This document shows, in pieces, positions 22,395-34,372 of a stretch of DNA of 64,000 nt. The notes under the pieces were generated by a model. It had not been told where the DNA came from. It saw only the letters and a list, made by a program, of their open reading frames with translations, and did no database searches. Position numbers and translations under genes: made by a program. This DNA is from Squalus acanthias (Eukaryota). The stretch is from NCBI GenBank assembly GCA_030390025.1, contig CM059431.1, forward strand, positions 141,424,001-141,488,000, read 5' to 3'. Positions within the stretch are counted from its first letter, which is position 1. Each line of letters starts with the position of its first letter.

Positions 22395-23070
22395 ATTGAG
22401 AAAGCGTTTAAGAAACTATACAGGACCTTGGGCTTTATACATAGAGGCATAGACTACAAAAGCAAGGAAGTTATTATGAACCTTTATAAAACACTGGTCC
22501 AACCTCAACTAAAGTATTGTGTCCAATTCTGTGCACCTCACTTTAGGAAGGATGTGAAGGCCTTAGAGAGGGTGCAGAAAAGATTGACAAGAATGTTTCC
22601 AGGGATGAGGGACTTCAGTTACATGGATACACTGGATAAGCTGTGTTGTTCTCCTTAGAGCAGAGAAGGTTGAGAGGAGATGTGATAGAGGTGTTCAAAA
22701 TCGTGAGGGGTCCAGACTGAGTAGATAGAGTGTAACTGTTCCCATTGATAGAAGGTTCAAGAACCAGTGGGCACAGATTTAAGCTGATTGGCAGAACAAG
22801 CAAAGGCGAAATGAGGAAAAAAGTTTTTTACACAGTGATTTGTTATGATCTAGAATGCACTGCCTGAAAGGATGGTGGAGGCAGATTCAATCATGGCTTT
22901 CAAAAGGGAATTGGATAAATACCTGAAGGAAGAGAAATACAGGGCTACGGGGAAAGGGCAGGGAGTGGGAATAGGTGAAGTGCTCTTGCAGAGAGACGGC
23001 ATGGGCTCGACGGGCCGAATGGCCTCCTACTCTGCAGTTGCCTTTCTACGATTCAGTGATTATATGATTC
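22395..23070 (+). mobile_element. Older CR1, right part and 3' end
   Basis: Continues gtggcagggtag-attg-agaaagcg from 18878 and encodes YKTLVQPQLKYCVQF. Confidence 0.85.
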
Positions 23071-23585
23071 AACGGATTAGTCCCAGTTTACAGGGAAAGC
23101 AAGGAAAGGGGGTATCCCCAGGCTAGGAAAAGACATTGGGGAGTTTGGAGCAGCTGAGGGAACGAGGGGATATCCCCAGACTTGAAATACAAATAGCAGG
23201 GGGGGGGGGGGGGGGTGTTGGAGCAGGAGAGGGAGGGAGGGGAGAGGATGCGGAAGGAGTCTGTCCAATGTGGTTTGGTTTGAGCTGTGGTTAGAATTGA
23301 TCTGTTTCACTGGGGGCTGTTCTTGGCTCAGCCCTGTGTAGGGCCTGCGAGTGGGATCCGTGTTTAGTACTACATCAAACTGCAGTAATATTCACAACAA
23401 ATACTTAGGTTTCAAATCAACGAACAGGTTCCTGGAATGTTCCTGGACAAAGCATTCCGGTCCTGGACAGCATTAGCCCGGATTAAAATGAGAATGTTTA
23501 GAAACACAGTGCATGCAAGAGCGAAAAAACAACATGTCAAAGACTCAATGTAGGTGCTCCAGCCTGCAGTCTACAAACTGCTCAC

Positions 23586-24200
23586 CTGGGTGGGTGGATC
23601 CCAGTGTGTGGCGGGGGAGGTTTCTCTATTGGTGGGTCTCTGTGTGGGGTGTTCTCTGGGTGAGTGGATCCCACTGTGTAGCGGGGCAGGGGGGGTGTCT
23701 CTATTGGTGGGTCTCTGTGTGGGGTGTTCTCTGGGTGAGTGGATCCCACTGTGTAGCGGGGCAGGGGGGGTGTCTCTATTGGTGGGTCTCTGTGTGGGGT
23801 GTTCTCTGGGTGAGTGGATCCCAGTGTGTGGCGGGGGGGGGGGGGGTGTCTCTATTGGTGGGTCTCTGCGTGGGGTGTTCTCTGGGTGAGTGGATCCCAG
23901 TGTGTGGCCGGGGGGTGTCTCTATTGGTGGGTCTCTGTGTGGGGTGTTCTCTGGGTGAGTGGATCCCAGTGTGTGGCTGGGGGGTGTCTCTATTGGTGGG
24001 TCTCTGTGTGGGGTGTTCTCTGAGTGAGTGGATCTCAGTGTGTGGCGGGGGGGGGGGGGGGTGTCTCTATTGGTGGGTCTCTGTGTGGGGTGTTCTCTGG
24101 GTGAGTGGATCCCAGTGTGTGGCGGGGGGGGGGGAGGGGGTGTCTCTATTGGTGGGTCTCTCTGTGGGGTGTTCTATGGGTAAGTGGATCCCAGGGGGGG
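23586..24200 (+). repeat. About 70-77-bp G-rich minisatellite (8-9 copies) with a variable poly-G tract
   Basis: Unit gggtgagtggatcccagtgtgtggcg(G)n-tgtctctattggtgggtctctgtgtggggtgttctct, read directly. Confidence 0.95.
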
Positions 24201-24548
24201 ACCCCAAGGGTGGGTGAGTCCCAATACAAATCGCACCTATCTCTGCAGGAAAGATCTCTTAATCCTGTTTCTCCTGTGTGTCCTCAATGTCTTTCTTGTG
24301 GCTTACTCTTATCCTCTTCAGTTTCTCTGATTTATAAATGTGATTGGTTGGTAAAGGCTGTTGCTGAGAGATTGTCCCTATAATACAGTGAGAGAGAGGT
24401 TGCCCTGGACCCATGCTATGTATTTCCTAATTGTACTTTGCTTTAATCAAATAATTTTATCTCTCTCCTGAGGATTCTTTTTTGAAAACTGAATCTAGAA
24501 GATTCAGGGAAAGAAAGTTTGGGGAAGAGGAATCTTTGGACAAGAGCT

Positions 24549-26005
24549 TCCTCCAGAGGGGAAAGACCGATACCTCCTCCAGAGGGGACTGACCGAGGCC
24601 TGCTCCAGAGGAGACTGACCGAGACCTCCTCCAGAGGAGACTGACCGAGACCTCCTCCAGAGGAGACTGACCGAGACCTCCTCCAGAGGAGACTGACCGA
24701 GACCTCCTCCAGAGGACACTGACCGAAACCTCCTCCAGAGGGGACTGACCGAGACCTCCTCCAGAGGAGACTGACCGAGACCTCCTCCAGAGGAGACTGA
24801 CCGAGACCTCCTCCAGAGGAGACTGACCGAGACCTCCTCCAGAGGAGACTGACAGAGACCTCCTCCAGAGGAGACTGACCGAAACCTCCTCCAGAGGAGA
24901 CTGACCGAAACCTCCTCCAGAGGGGACTGACCGAAACCTCCTCCAGAGACTGACCGAGACCTCCTCCAGAGGAGACTGACCGAGACCTCCCCCAGAGGAG
25001 ACTGACCGAGACATCCTCCAGAGGGGACTGACCGAAACCTCCTCCAGAGACTGATTGAGACCTCCTCCAGAGGGGACTGACTCAGACCTCCTCCAGAGGG
25101 GACTGACCGGGAGTTCATCCAGAGGAGACTGACCGAGACCTCCTCCAGAGGGGACTGACCGAGACCTCCTCCAGAGGAAACTGACCGAGACCTCCGCCAG
25201 AGGAGACTGACCGAGACCTCCTCCAGAGGAGACTGACCGAGACCTCCTCCAGAGGGGACTGACCGAGACCTCCGCCAGAGGAGACTGACCAAGACCTCCT
25301 CCAGAGGAGACTGACCGAGACCTCCTCCAGAGACTGACCGAGGCCTCCTCCAAAGGGGATGGACCGAGGCCTCCTCCAGAGGGGATGGACCGAGGCCTCC
25401 TCCAGAGGGAACTGACCGAGACCACCTCCAGAGGAGACTGACCGAGACCTCCTCAAGAGGAGACTGACCGAGTCCTCCTCCAGAGGAGACTGACCGAGAC
25501 CTCCTCCAGAGACTGACCGAAACCTCCTCCAGAGGGGACTGACCAAGTCCTCCTCCAGAGGGGACTGACCGAGGCCTCCTCCAGAGGGGACTGACCGAGG
25601 CCTCCTCCAGAGGGGACTGACCGAGGCCTCCTCCAGAGGGGACTGACCGAGACCTCCTCCAGAGGAGACTGACCGAGACCTCCACCAGAGGGGACTGACC
25701 GAGGCCTCCTCCAGAGTAGACTGACCGAGACCTCCTCCAGAGGGGACTGACCGAGACCTCCTCCAGAGGGGACTGACCGAGACCTCCTCCAGAGGAGACT
25801 CACCGAGACCTCCTCCAGAGGGGACTGACCGAGACCTCCTCCAGACGGGACTGACCGAGACCTCCTCCAGACGGGACTGACCGAGACCTCCACCAGAGGA
25901 GACTGACCGAGACAACCTCCAGAGGGGAATGACCGAGACCGGCTCCAGAGGGGACTGACCGAGACCTCCTCCAGAGGGAATGACCGAGACCTCCTCCAGA
26001 GGAGG
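24549..26005 (+). repeat. 26-bp minisatellite (about 56 copies, GAGACCTCCTCCAGAGGRGACTGACC)
   Basis: Read directly. Minus-strand ORFs have a 26-aa period. Confidence 0.97.
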
Positions 26006-26289
26006 CTGAATGCCACCTCCTCCACTGGTTGTACTCAGTGGGGTCCACCTGAGTTCTGTTTGTTTATTATCTGGGGTTTAATTTCCTCTCTGGGCCCTGG
26101 TTTTGTTACCTCGGGTTAACAAGTTCCTGTTCGATTGTGGCCCTTGTGTATTAAAGAGGTTTAAGCCTGGGGTTAAAGTAGCCCGGCCTGCAATGGTACA
26201 AAATATGTTTAGTCGGTGCGTGATGAACAAGGGCTGAGAGGAAATTAAATCGAAAACGTGAACTCGTGGATGGACATTTCAAAATAATG

Positions 26290-26635
26290 CTTGTGTTTCG
26301 CAGCGATGTGACAACTTTGAGGAGACATGGAGGCCATTTGATGGGTTTTGATGGAGTAAATTGGGAGAAAACATTTCCGGGTCAGGAGGCTGGGTAACCA
26401 AAGGACACAGGTTTGAAATAATTGGTAAAAGAACCAGAGCAGAGATGAGGAGGATTATTTCTGCAGCGAGTTGTTCTGACCTGGAATGCACTGCCTGAAA
26501 GGGTGGTGGAGGCAGATTGTACTTGTATCCTTGTAAAGACACAGTTTGCAGGGCTATGGGGAGAGGGACTAATTGGATCGCTCTTTCCAAGAGCCGGCAC
26601 AGGCCGGATGGGCCGAATGGGCTGTATGATTCTGA
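26290..26635 (+). mobile_element. Degraded CR1 3' end
   Basis: ggacacaggtttgaaataattgg, tggaatgcactgcctgaaagggtggtggaggcag and gatgggccgaatgg match the CR1 3' end at 22760-23030. Confidence 0.7.
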
Positions 26636-27296
26636 TTTGCTGCAGATTGATGGGGGCCATTTTGCTGCAGGGTGATGTTGACCATTTTGTGACTGGTTCA
26701 TGTCGGCCATTTCCCGTTGCCTGTGGGGCCATTTTTAGAGTCCCAGCTGCGCTCTTTTACTGACACTCAGTCTCGCCATCTTGTGTAAATTGTATATCCA
26801 GCCTCCCGAGTAAGACCACCCGCTTCAATAGACCGACAGGTCGCCTCCACAGTGTCGTTTGGAGAAGGTGGGATGTACTTTTGAGGAACCTTTATTTAAT
26901 ATATTCAAACAATGAAGCTGTTTTTATGTAAATAACGAGGAGACCAGAAGTGAGCTGAAGTAAAAGGTGGAGTTTTATTCACACAACACAGGGACAACAA
27001 TAATTTGCATTTAAATAGCGACTTTATGTAATGAAATGTCACAAGGCAATTATCATACAAAATTTGACACTGAGCCACATAATGTGATTTTAGGAGAAAT
27101 GGCCCAAAGCTCGGTGAAATTGGTAGCCTTTAAAAAGTTTTTAAAGGAGGAGGAGAGAGAGGTAGAGTTGCAAAGAGGTTTAGGGAGGGAATTCCAGAGT
27201 TTAGGGCCTTGGCAGCTGAAGTCAAGGTGCCAATGTGGAGCAATGAAAATTGAGGAACAGAGGAGTGGAGAGATCTCGAAGAGTTGAAGGGACATT

Positions 27297-27712
27297 TGAT
27301 ACAGAGACTGACTCCTCACTGGGAGAGACACACACTGTACACAGGGACACTTGTTACAGAGTCTGACTCCTCACTGGGAGAGACACACACTGTACACAGG
27401 GACACTTGTTACAGAGTCTGACTCCTAACTGGGAGAGACACACACTGTACACAGGGGCACTTGTTACAGAGTCTGACTCCTCACTGGGAGAGACACACAC
27501 TGTACACAGACACACATGCTACAGAGTCTGACTCCTCACTGGGAGACACATACTGAACACAGGGACACATTTTACAGAGTCAGACTCATCACTGGGAGAG
27601 ACACACACTGTACACAGGGACACTTGCTACAGAGTCTGACTCCTCACTGGGAGACACACACTGTACACTGGGACACTTGTTACAGAGTCCGACTCCTCAC
27701 TGGTAGAGACAC
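27297..27712 (+). repeat. 55-bp minisatellite (about 7.5 copies)
   Basis: acagagtctgactcctcactgggagagacacacactgtacacagggacacttgtt, with units starting at 27301, 27356 and 27411. Confidence 0.95.
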
Positions 27713-28053
27713 CCAGGAATACTGAGTGCAATTGTCAGTGTCTCACTGCAGCCCAGACTGAGCCCCACCCTGGGCCCTTCCTGTCTGTGCATTTCCCCAG
27801 TGCCCCAATGGGGAACATTCTGCCCCGGATATCCTGCAGAAGCAGCGCTGTGGGGCCGGCGACTGAGTCTCATGACCCTGTGGCTGGGCCTCTGACCTCA
27901 CAATGGGAGATGACGATCACTCAGCTCGAGCTGGAAACCCTTAAAGGGGCCGATAGGATTTAGACCAGGAGCGCGGCCACTTAAAGGGGTGGAGCTGAAA
28001 ATCGGGCAATATGGTCAGATAATGAGACCAGTGATGGTCATCAATTGAAATGT

Positions 28054-28141
28054 TCACAGAAATACTTTCAGTCTGGGTCTGTATTCCCGCAGCGACTCTA
28101 GGTGTCTCTTTCCATCTGATTTAAACTGATTCCTCCTCAAC
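28054..28141 (-). CDS. NLR gene, last coding exon (LRRNQFKSDGKRHLESLREYRPRLKVFL*)
   Basis: Acceptor tttttctgtttcag, phase 2, TGA at 28054-28056. Confidence 0.85.
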
Positions 28142-28313
28142 CTGAAACAGAAAAAAGATTAAACAAGAAATAAACAGATTGAACAACAGTGTAAATAACA
28201 GGGAGACTGGGGTTAATACTTCAATAATAATTACAGACAAATATTACCCATTAAAGTGACTGAATCCCATTGATAGTTTATTTATTACATGAAACATCAA
28301 CACAAACACTCAC

Positions 28314-28481
28314 TCGATCCACTCCAGAGTCCTGCAGTTCTGTATGAGGCGGCGGAAAGCAGGGACAGATTCCTCTGTGAAGGAGTTTGCTCCCAGGTGC
28401 AGCTCCGTCAGTGATGGGTTTGTACTGAGAGCGGAGGAGAGATCCTCAGCACAAGAATCTGTGAGACCGACATTATCCAAC
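28314..28481 (-). CDS. NLR gene, LRR exon (168 nt)
   Basis: LDNVGLTDSCAEDLSSALSTNPSLTELHLGANSF..., cag/gtgagt boundaries, phase 2/2. Confidence 0.92.
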
Positions 28482-28621
28482 CTGGTGATTAGAGAGAGAA
28501 ATAACAGGAATCAGAGAAAATCCCCAGTGTTTATGAATAACACTATTACTGATAATATTAATAATGTTCAATGTCAGACATGCATTATTGTAAACACAAT
28601 CTCACACAGTCTGGTACTTAC

Positions 28622-28792
28622 CAGATTTTCTGTATTTTACAGTCAGGGTTCGTCAGAGCCGCAGATATTAGTTTCACTCCTGAATCTCCCAGTTTATTGT
28701 GACTCAGATACAGATCCATCAGTGACCGGTTTGTACTGAGAGCGGAGGCGAGATCCTCGGCACAAGAATCTGTGAGACCGATAGCATCCAGC
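28622..28792 (-). CDS. NLR gene, RI-type LRR exon (171 nt)
   Basis: LDAIGLTDSCAEDLASALSTNRSLMDLYLSHNKLGDSGVKLISAALTNPDCKIQKI, cag/gtaagt boundaries, the usual 171-nt NLR LRR exon size. Confidence 0.93.
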
Positions 28793-28930
28793 CTGGGGAT
28801 CAGAGAGAGAAATAACAGGAATCAGAGTAAATCCCCAGTGTTTATAATAATAGTTACTGATACTAATAATAATGTACAGTGTCAGACATCCAGTTATTAT
28901 AAACACAATCTCACACAGTCTGGTACTTAC

Positions 28931-29017
28931 AGCAGTTTCTGTATTTTACAGTCCGGGTTCCTCAGAGCCGCAGACAGTGGTTTCGCTACTGAATCTCCCA
29001 GTTTAGTGTCGTTCAGT
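28931..29017 (-). CDS. NLR gene, LRR exon (87 nt)
   Basis: LNDTKLGDSVAKPLSAALRNPDCKIQKL, tag/gtaagt boundaries, phase 2 matching the end of the NACHT exon. Confidence 0.92.
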
Positions 29018-29134
29018 CTAAACACAAACAGAGAGAGAGAAACAAACTGCATCAAACCCCGGATCTGATATAATTTTCTCTCTCGGATATTACAGCAATC
29101 ACTGAAAGCACTTCAGGAAATTAATAACCCGGTT

Positions 29135-29900
29135 TCCCCTGCGATTTCCCTCCCTGGGCGGGTCGCTGCGGTCGGGGGCGGGTCGCTCTGAAGAAGAACT
29201 TTCCTCTGATTGGCTTGTTAAGCCCCACCGAGCGTGTTTCCCGTCCAATTAGAGGAAGCGGGTGTGATGACGTCACTTGAAGATATGTAAACAGCCGCTT
29301 TCCTTAAAGGGACCATGCCACATGTATTTTGATATTTGTGCTGTCAGTGTTCGAACTCATTGAGGTCCTTCAAACACTGACAAGCACTGCACAGAGGTGC
29401 CAGGCGGCACCCAGGCTCGCCCTTATTTCCGTCGTAATGCTTATAGAGGGAGTCACACCAGGCAGGGAGGTTCTCTTCACTTCCAATGGGCGGAAAAGAC
29501 CTCCCCAGGTGACCAACACAGCCTGGTTGCACATTGCACAGTGGGGCTCAAACAGCGCTGTTGTCAGGAGGACGTGGCTGCAGTTGCGCAAGCCTTTCAA
29601 TGATCTCAGTAGCTCAGGAAACGTTACTTCCAAGCCACACTCAACATCATCCTGCTGTGCCACCCCTCACTTTCAAATCATTCTGCCTTCTCCACCCTAC
29701 TCCTGCATATTCTTAATCACACCAACTTACATTGCACCTCCACCCATCCCTCTCTATCTACACAGTGCTGACAGACCCGACATTTGGGAAAGGCGTGTGG
29801 CGGCGGGTTGACAGCGGCGTCCCGACACGCTGTCAAAAAAATCATTTTCCCACTCGACGCCCCCCAACGATCGCGCCCGCTGACCCCCGCAAAATTCCTG
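29135..29900 (+). mobile_element. PIF/Harbinger-type DNA transposon remnant with a Myb/SANT-like ORF fragment
   Basis: APR...REVLF..GRKRPP...AWLHIA...RRTWLQLRKPFNDL fits a Myb/SANT-like (trihelix) domain. GC-rich ends; TIRs not clearly resolved. Confidence 0.65.
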
Positions 29901-30748
29901 TCACTGACAATGAATCTCACTTTGTCCAACTCCCCATATATTCAGGGACTGTCAGTAATTGTATTTATTAAATGAAGTGCTGTCTGTGTGACGCGTTTAA
30001 AAGTCCCTCAGTCCGACCTCATTCCCTGATGATCAGAATTACCCTCCTGGAGCTCAGTGACCGGCCCCGTCATGTTTGGAGAAACTTGTCTCATTTTCTT
30101 CTGCTCCTTAAATACCGGAATTATGGGAAAGGGACGATGTTCTCGCAATTGAATGATAAAGCGACGAATCCCTCTACTTTATACTCTGTGCATTATATTA
30201 ATCTGTATAATATCTCAGGGCGAGTTATATTGTGAAACGCTGACTGCTGCTGTAAAATCCGTCCCCAGGATTTTATGTAACAAGGAGAGTTTATTCTGTC
30301 CCGTTACAAGTTATAAATGTCCCTGTGCCCCTAGTTTATAGGGGAGGGGAGCCTCTCACTTTATTCGCATTAAACTGGCACTACATTTATTTTAGGTGTA
30401 ACTAGCCCGACAGTTTTTGGGCAATTTTCAGAAGTTCCCTCCCCGAGCGGGGCCTCACACAGGGGGCGGATTATGGGGAATTCCCGGGTTCACTGCCCCC
30501 GGTTTGCCCAGGAGCCGCCCGCTGTGTGCGAGGCCCCACCGCTGGCCGGTGTGTGTCTGTACTCCGGGGCTCATACACCACAACACGTTAGATTGGAAAC
30601 ATTTTACCGGCAGATTTAAGATCCTGAATATCAATCTTTACTCAGTGATCAGGACTGTGTATAGTTGTAAACAATTACAGCTGAAAGAAGTCCAGTTTCC
30701 CCAATATTCCCAAACCAGGAAACTTCCCCCTTGACAAGAAAGAGCTTA

Positions 30749-33700
30749 ACATAGAAACATAGAAGATTGGAGCAGGAGTAGACCATTCGGCCCCTCAAAC
30801 CTACTCTGCCATTCGATGAGATCATGGCTGATCATCCAAACTCAATACCCTGTCCCTGCTTTCTCCCCATATCCCTTGATAGCTTTAGCCTTAAGAAATA
30901 TATCTAACTCGTTCTTGAATATATTTACTGACTTGGCCTCAACTGCCTTCTGTGGTAGAGAATTCCACAGGTTCACCACTCTCAGGGTGAAGAAATTCCT
31001 CCTCATCTCTGTCCTAAATAGCTTACCCCTTATCTTTAGACTGTGAACCCTGGTTCTGGACTCCCCACCATCGGGAACATCCTTCCTGCATCCAGTCTGT
31101 CTAGCCCTGTTAGAATTTTATAAGTTTCAATGAGATCCCCTCTCATTCTTCTAAACTCCAGCGAGTACAAGCCCAATCGACCCAATCTCTCCTCGTACAT
31201 CATTCCTGCCATCCCAGGTATCAGTCTGGTGAATCTTCGCTGCACACCCTCCATGGCAAGAACATCCTTCCTCAGATAAGGCGACCAAAACTGCACACAA
31301 TATTCAAGGTGTGGTCGCACCAAGGCCCTGTACAGCTGCAGTAAGACATCCTTGTTGCTGGACACAAACCCTCTCGCTACGAAGGCCAACATACCATTTG
31401 CCTGCTTAACCGCCTGCTGCACCTGCATGCTTACCTTCAGCGACTGGTGCACAGGGACACCAAAGTTCTCGTTGCACTTCCCCTTCTCCCAATCTATTGC
31501 AGTTCAGATAATAATCTGCCTTTCTGTTTTTGCCACTAAAGTGGATAACCTCGCATTTATCCACATTATACTGCATCTGCCATGCTTCTGCCCAATCACC
31601 CAATCTGTCCAAATCATACTGGAGTTTCTCGACATCCTCCTCGCAGCACACACGCCCACCCAGCTTTGTGTCATCTGCAAACTTAGAGATATTACATCTA
31701 GTTCCCTCTTCTAGATCATTAATATATATCGTGAATAGCTAGGGTCCTAGGACCGATCCCTGCGGAACCCCACTAGTTACTGTCTGCCACTCGGAAAAAG
31801 ACCCGTTTATTCCAACTCTTTTCTTCCTGTCTGCCACCCAGTTCTCTATCCAAGTCAGTACCTTGCCCCCAATCCCAGGTGCCTTAACTTTACACGCTAA
31901 TCTCTTATGCGGGACCTTACCGAAAGCCTTCTGAAAGTCCAAATACACCACATACACTGGTTCTCCCTTATCTATTCTATCAGTTACATTCTCAAAAAAT
32001 TCCAGTGGATTAGTCAAGCACGATTTACCTTTTGTAAATCCATGTTGACTTTGTGCAATCCTGTCACTGTTTTCCAAGTGCTCTGCTATTACATCTTTTA
32101 CAATGGACTCTAGCATTTTCACCACAACTGATGTCAGGCTTACCGGTCTATAATTCCCCATTTTTTCTTTACTACCTTTTTTGAACAGTGGGGTAACAAT
32201 AGCTACCCTCCAATCCATGGGAACTGTTCCAGAATCTATAGAATTTTGGAAGATGACCAGCAATGCATCTACTATTTCTAGGGCCACTTCCTTAAGTACC
32301 CTAGGATGTAGATTATCAGGCCCTGGGGATTTATCGGCCTTAAATGCCATCAATTTCCCTAACACCATTTCCCTACAAATACTGATTTCATTCAGTTCCT
32401 CCCTCTCATTAGACCCTATGTTCCCCGACATCTCTGGGAGGTTATTTGTGTTCTCCGTTGTGAAGACAGAGCCAAAGTATGTATTTAATTGGTTTGTCAT
32501 TTATTTGTTCCCCATTATAAATCCCCTTGATTCTGACTGCAAGGGACCTACGCTTGACTTCACCAATCTTTTTCTCTTCACATATTTATAAAAGCTTTTA
32601 CAGTCAGTTTTTTGTTCCCTGCATGCTTATGCTTGTACTCTATATTCCCCCTCTTAATAAAACACTTTGTCCTCCTTTACTGAATCCTAAACTGCTCCCA
32701 ATCCTCTGGTTTACTGCTTTTTCTGGCCAATTTATATGTCCTCACCTTGGATCTTATGCTATCCCTGATTTCCCTTGTCAGCCATGGTTGAGTCACTTCT
32801 TTTGTTTTATTTTTATGCCAGACAGGGATGAACAAATTCTGTAGTTCATCCATGCGAGCTTTGAATGTTTGCCATTGTCTATCCACCGTCAACCCTTTGA
32901 GTAACATTCCCCAATCTATCCTACCCTACTCGCGCCTCATACCATCGTAGTTTCCTTTATTTAAATTCAGGACCCTAGTCTTTGAGTAAAGTATTTCAAT
33001 CTCCATCTTAATGAAGAATTCTATCATATTATGTTCGCTCCGCCTAAAGGTGCCCATCACAACAAGATTGCTAATTAATAATTTCTCTTTAAATAATACC
33101 CAGTCTAAGATGGCCTGGTCTCTAGTTGGTTCCTCGACATATTGGTCCAGGAAACCATCCCGTATACACTCCAGGAATTCCTCCTCCACAGTATTGTTAC
33201 TAATTTGGTTAGCCCAATCTATATGTAGATTAAAGTCACCCATGAAAACTGCTGTGCCCTTATTGCACGCGTCTCTAATTTCCTGTTTAATGCCATCCCC
33301 AACCTCTGCATTACTGTTTGGGGGTCTGTATACCACTCTCACTAACGTTTTCTGCCCCTTGGTATTTTTCAGTTCTACCCATACGAATTCCACATCATTA
33401 GATCTAATATCCTTCCTTACAATTGTGTTAATCCCCTCTTTAACCAGCAATGCTACCCCACCTCCTTTTCCTTATTGCCTGTCTTTCCTGAATATCGAAT
33501 ACTCCTGGATGTTGAATTCCCAGCCTTGGTCACCCTGAGCCATGTCTTCGTAATCCCAATCATATCATATCCGTTTACCTCTATTAGCGCAGCTAATTTA
33601 TCCACCTTATTACGAATGCTCCTCGCCTTAAAAAAACAAGCCTGAAGGCTTTATGTCTTAACACTCTTAGACCTTTTAGAATTATTATTTAATGTGGCCA

Positions 33701-33933
33701 TGTTTGATTTAAACCCTTGATTTCTCTGACTGTCACCTTTGCTTTTCTCCTTCCTGTCTTTTGCTTCTATCCTTGTTTTCCTTTCCTCTGTCTCCCTGCT
33801 CAGGTTCCCAAACCCCTGCCATTTTAGTTTAAACCCTCCCCCAGAGCACTAGCAAACACTCCCCCTAGGACATCGGTCCCGGCCCTGCCTAGGTGCAAAC
33901 CGTCCAGTTTGTACTGGTCCCACCTCCCCCAGA
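30749..33933 (-). mobile_element. 5'-truncated CR1 LINE in an NLR intron (ORF2 disrupted)
   Basis: Minus-strand APE and RT ORF fragments (32926-33450, 31739-32500, 31036-31452) and an acatagaaacatag tail at 30749. Confidence 0.95.
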
Positions 33934-34372
33934 GCCTGCACGGTATTGGAGTAAATATGGAACTGTTAGTGCTTTAACCTCGTTTTTCTCCCCTTTTTCT
34001 AATTGAAATGGTGGATGTGGAAAATATTTTAAATTAATTTTATCTTTGCTGCCGGATTATATTTTATATTTACATACCACTGTCCAGCCTTATTATTTAT
34101 GACTTATTGTAATTAAATTATCAGACTCTCAGTGACCTGTAATTATTGATCCGACAAAGACTGTAAAATCCCTATTTCTCCACAAGGATCCATTTTAGAT
34201 TCTCCAGTCCTCAGGAAATTATTAACAATTCTCTTATTATTGTTCATATATGTGTTGAATCTGCTTCTCTCTGGTTTAACTGAACTGCTTGTTTCCCTTC
34301 ATTACTGAGCAACACCACAATCCGTGACTGTACTACAATTCGCCCAACAGTTAGAGACAAATAAACAGTTAC

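Noticed and set aside
24457..26048. Long minus-strand ORFs (322, 393 and 266 aa)
   Set aside because: They lie almost entirely within a 26-bp minisatellite and give the same cyclic peptide in all frames.
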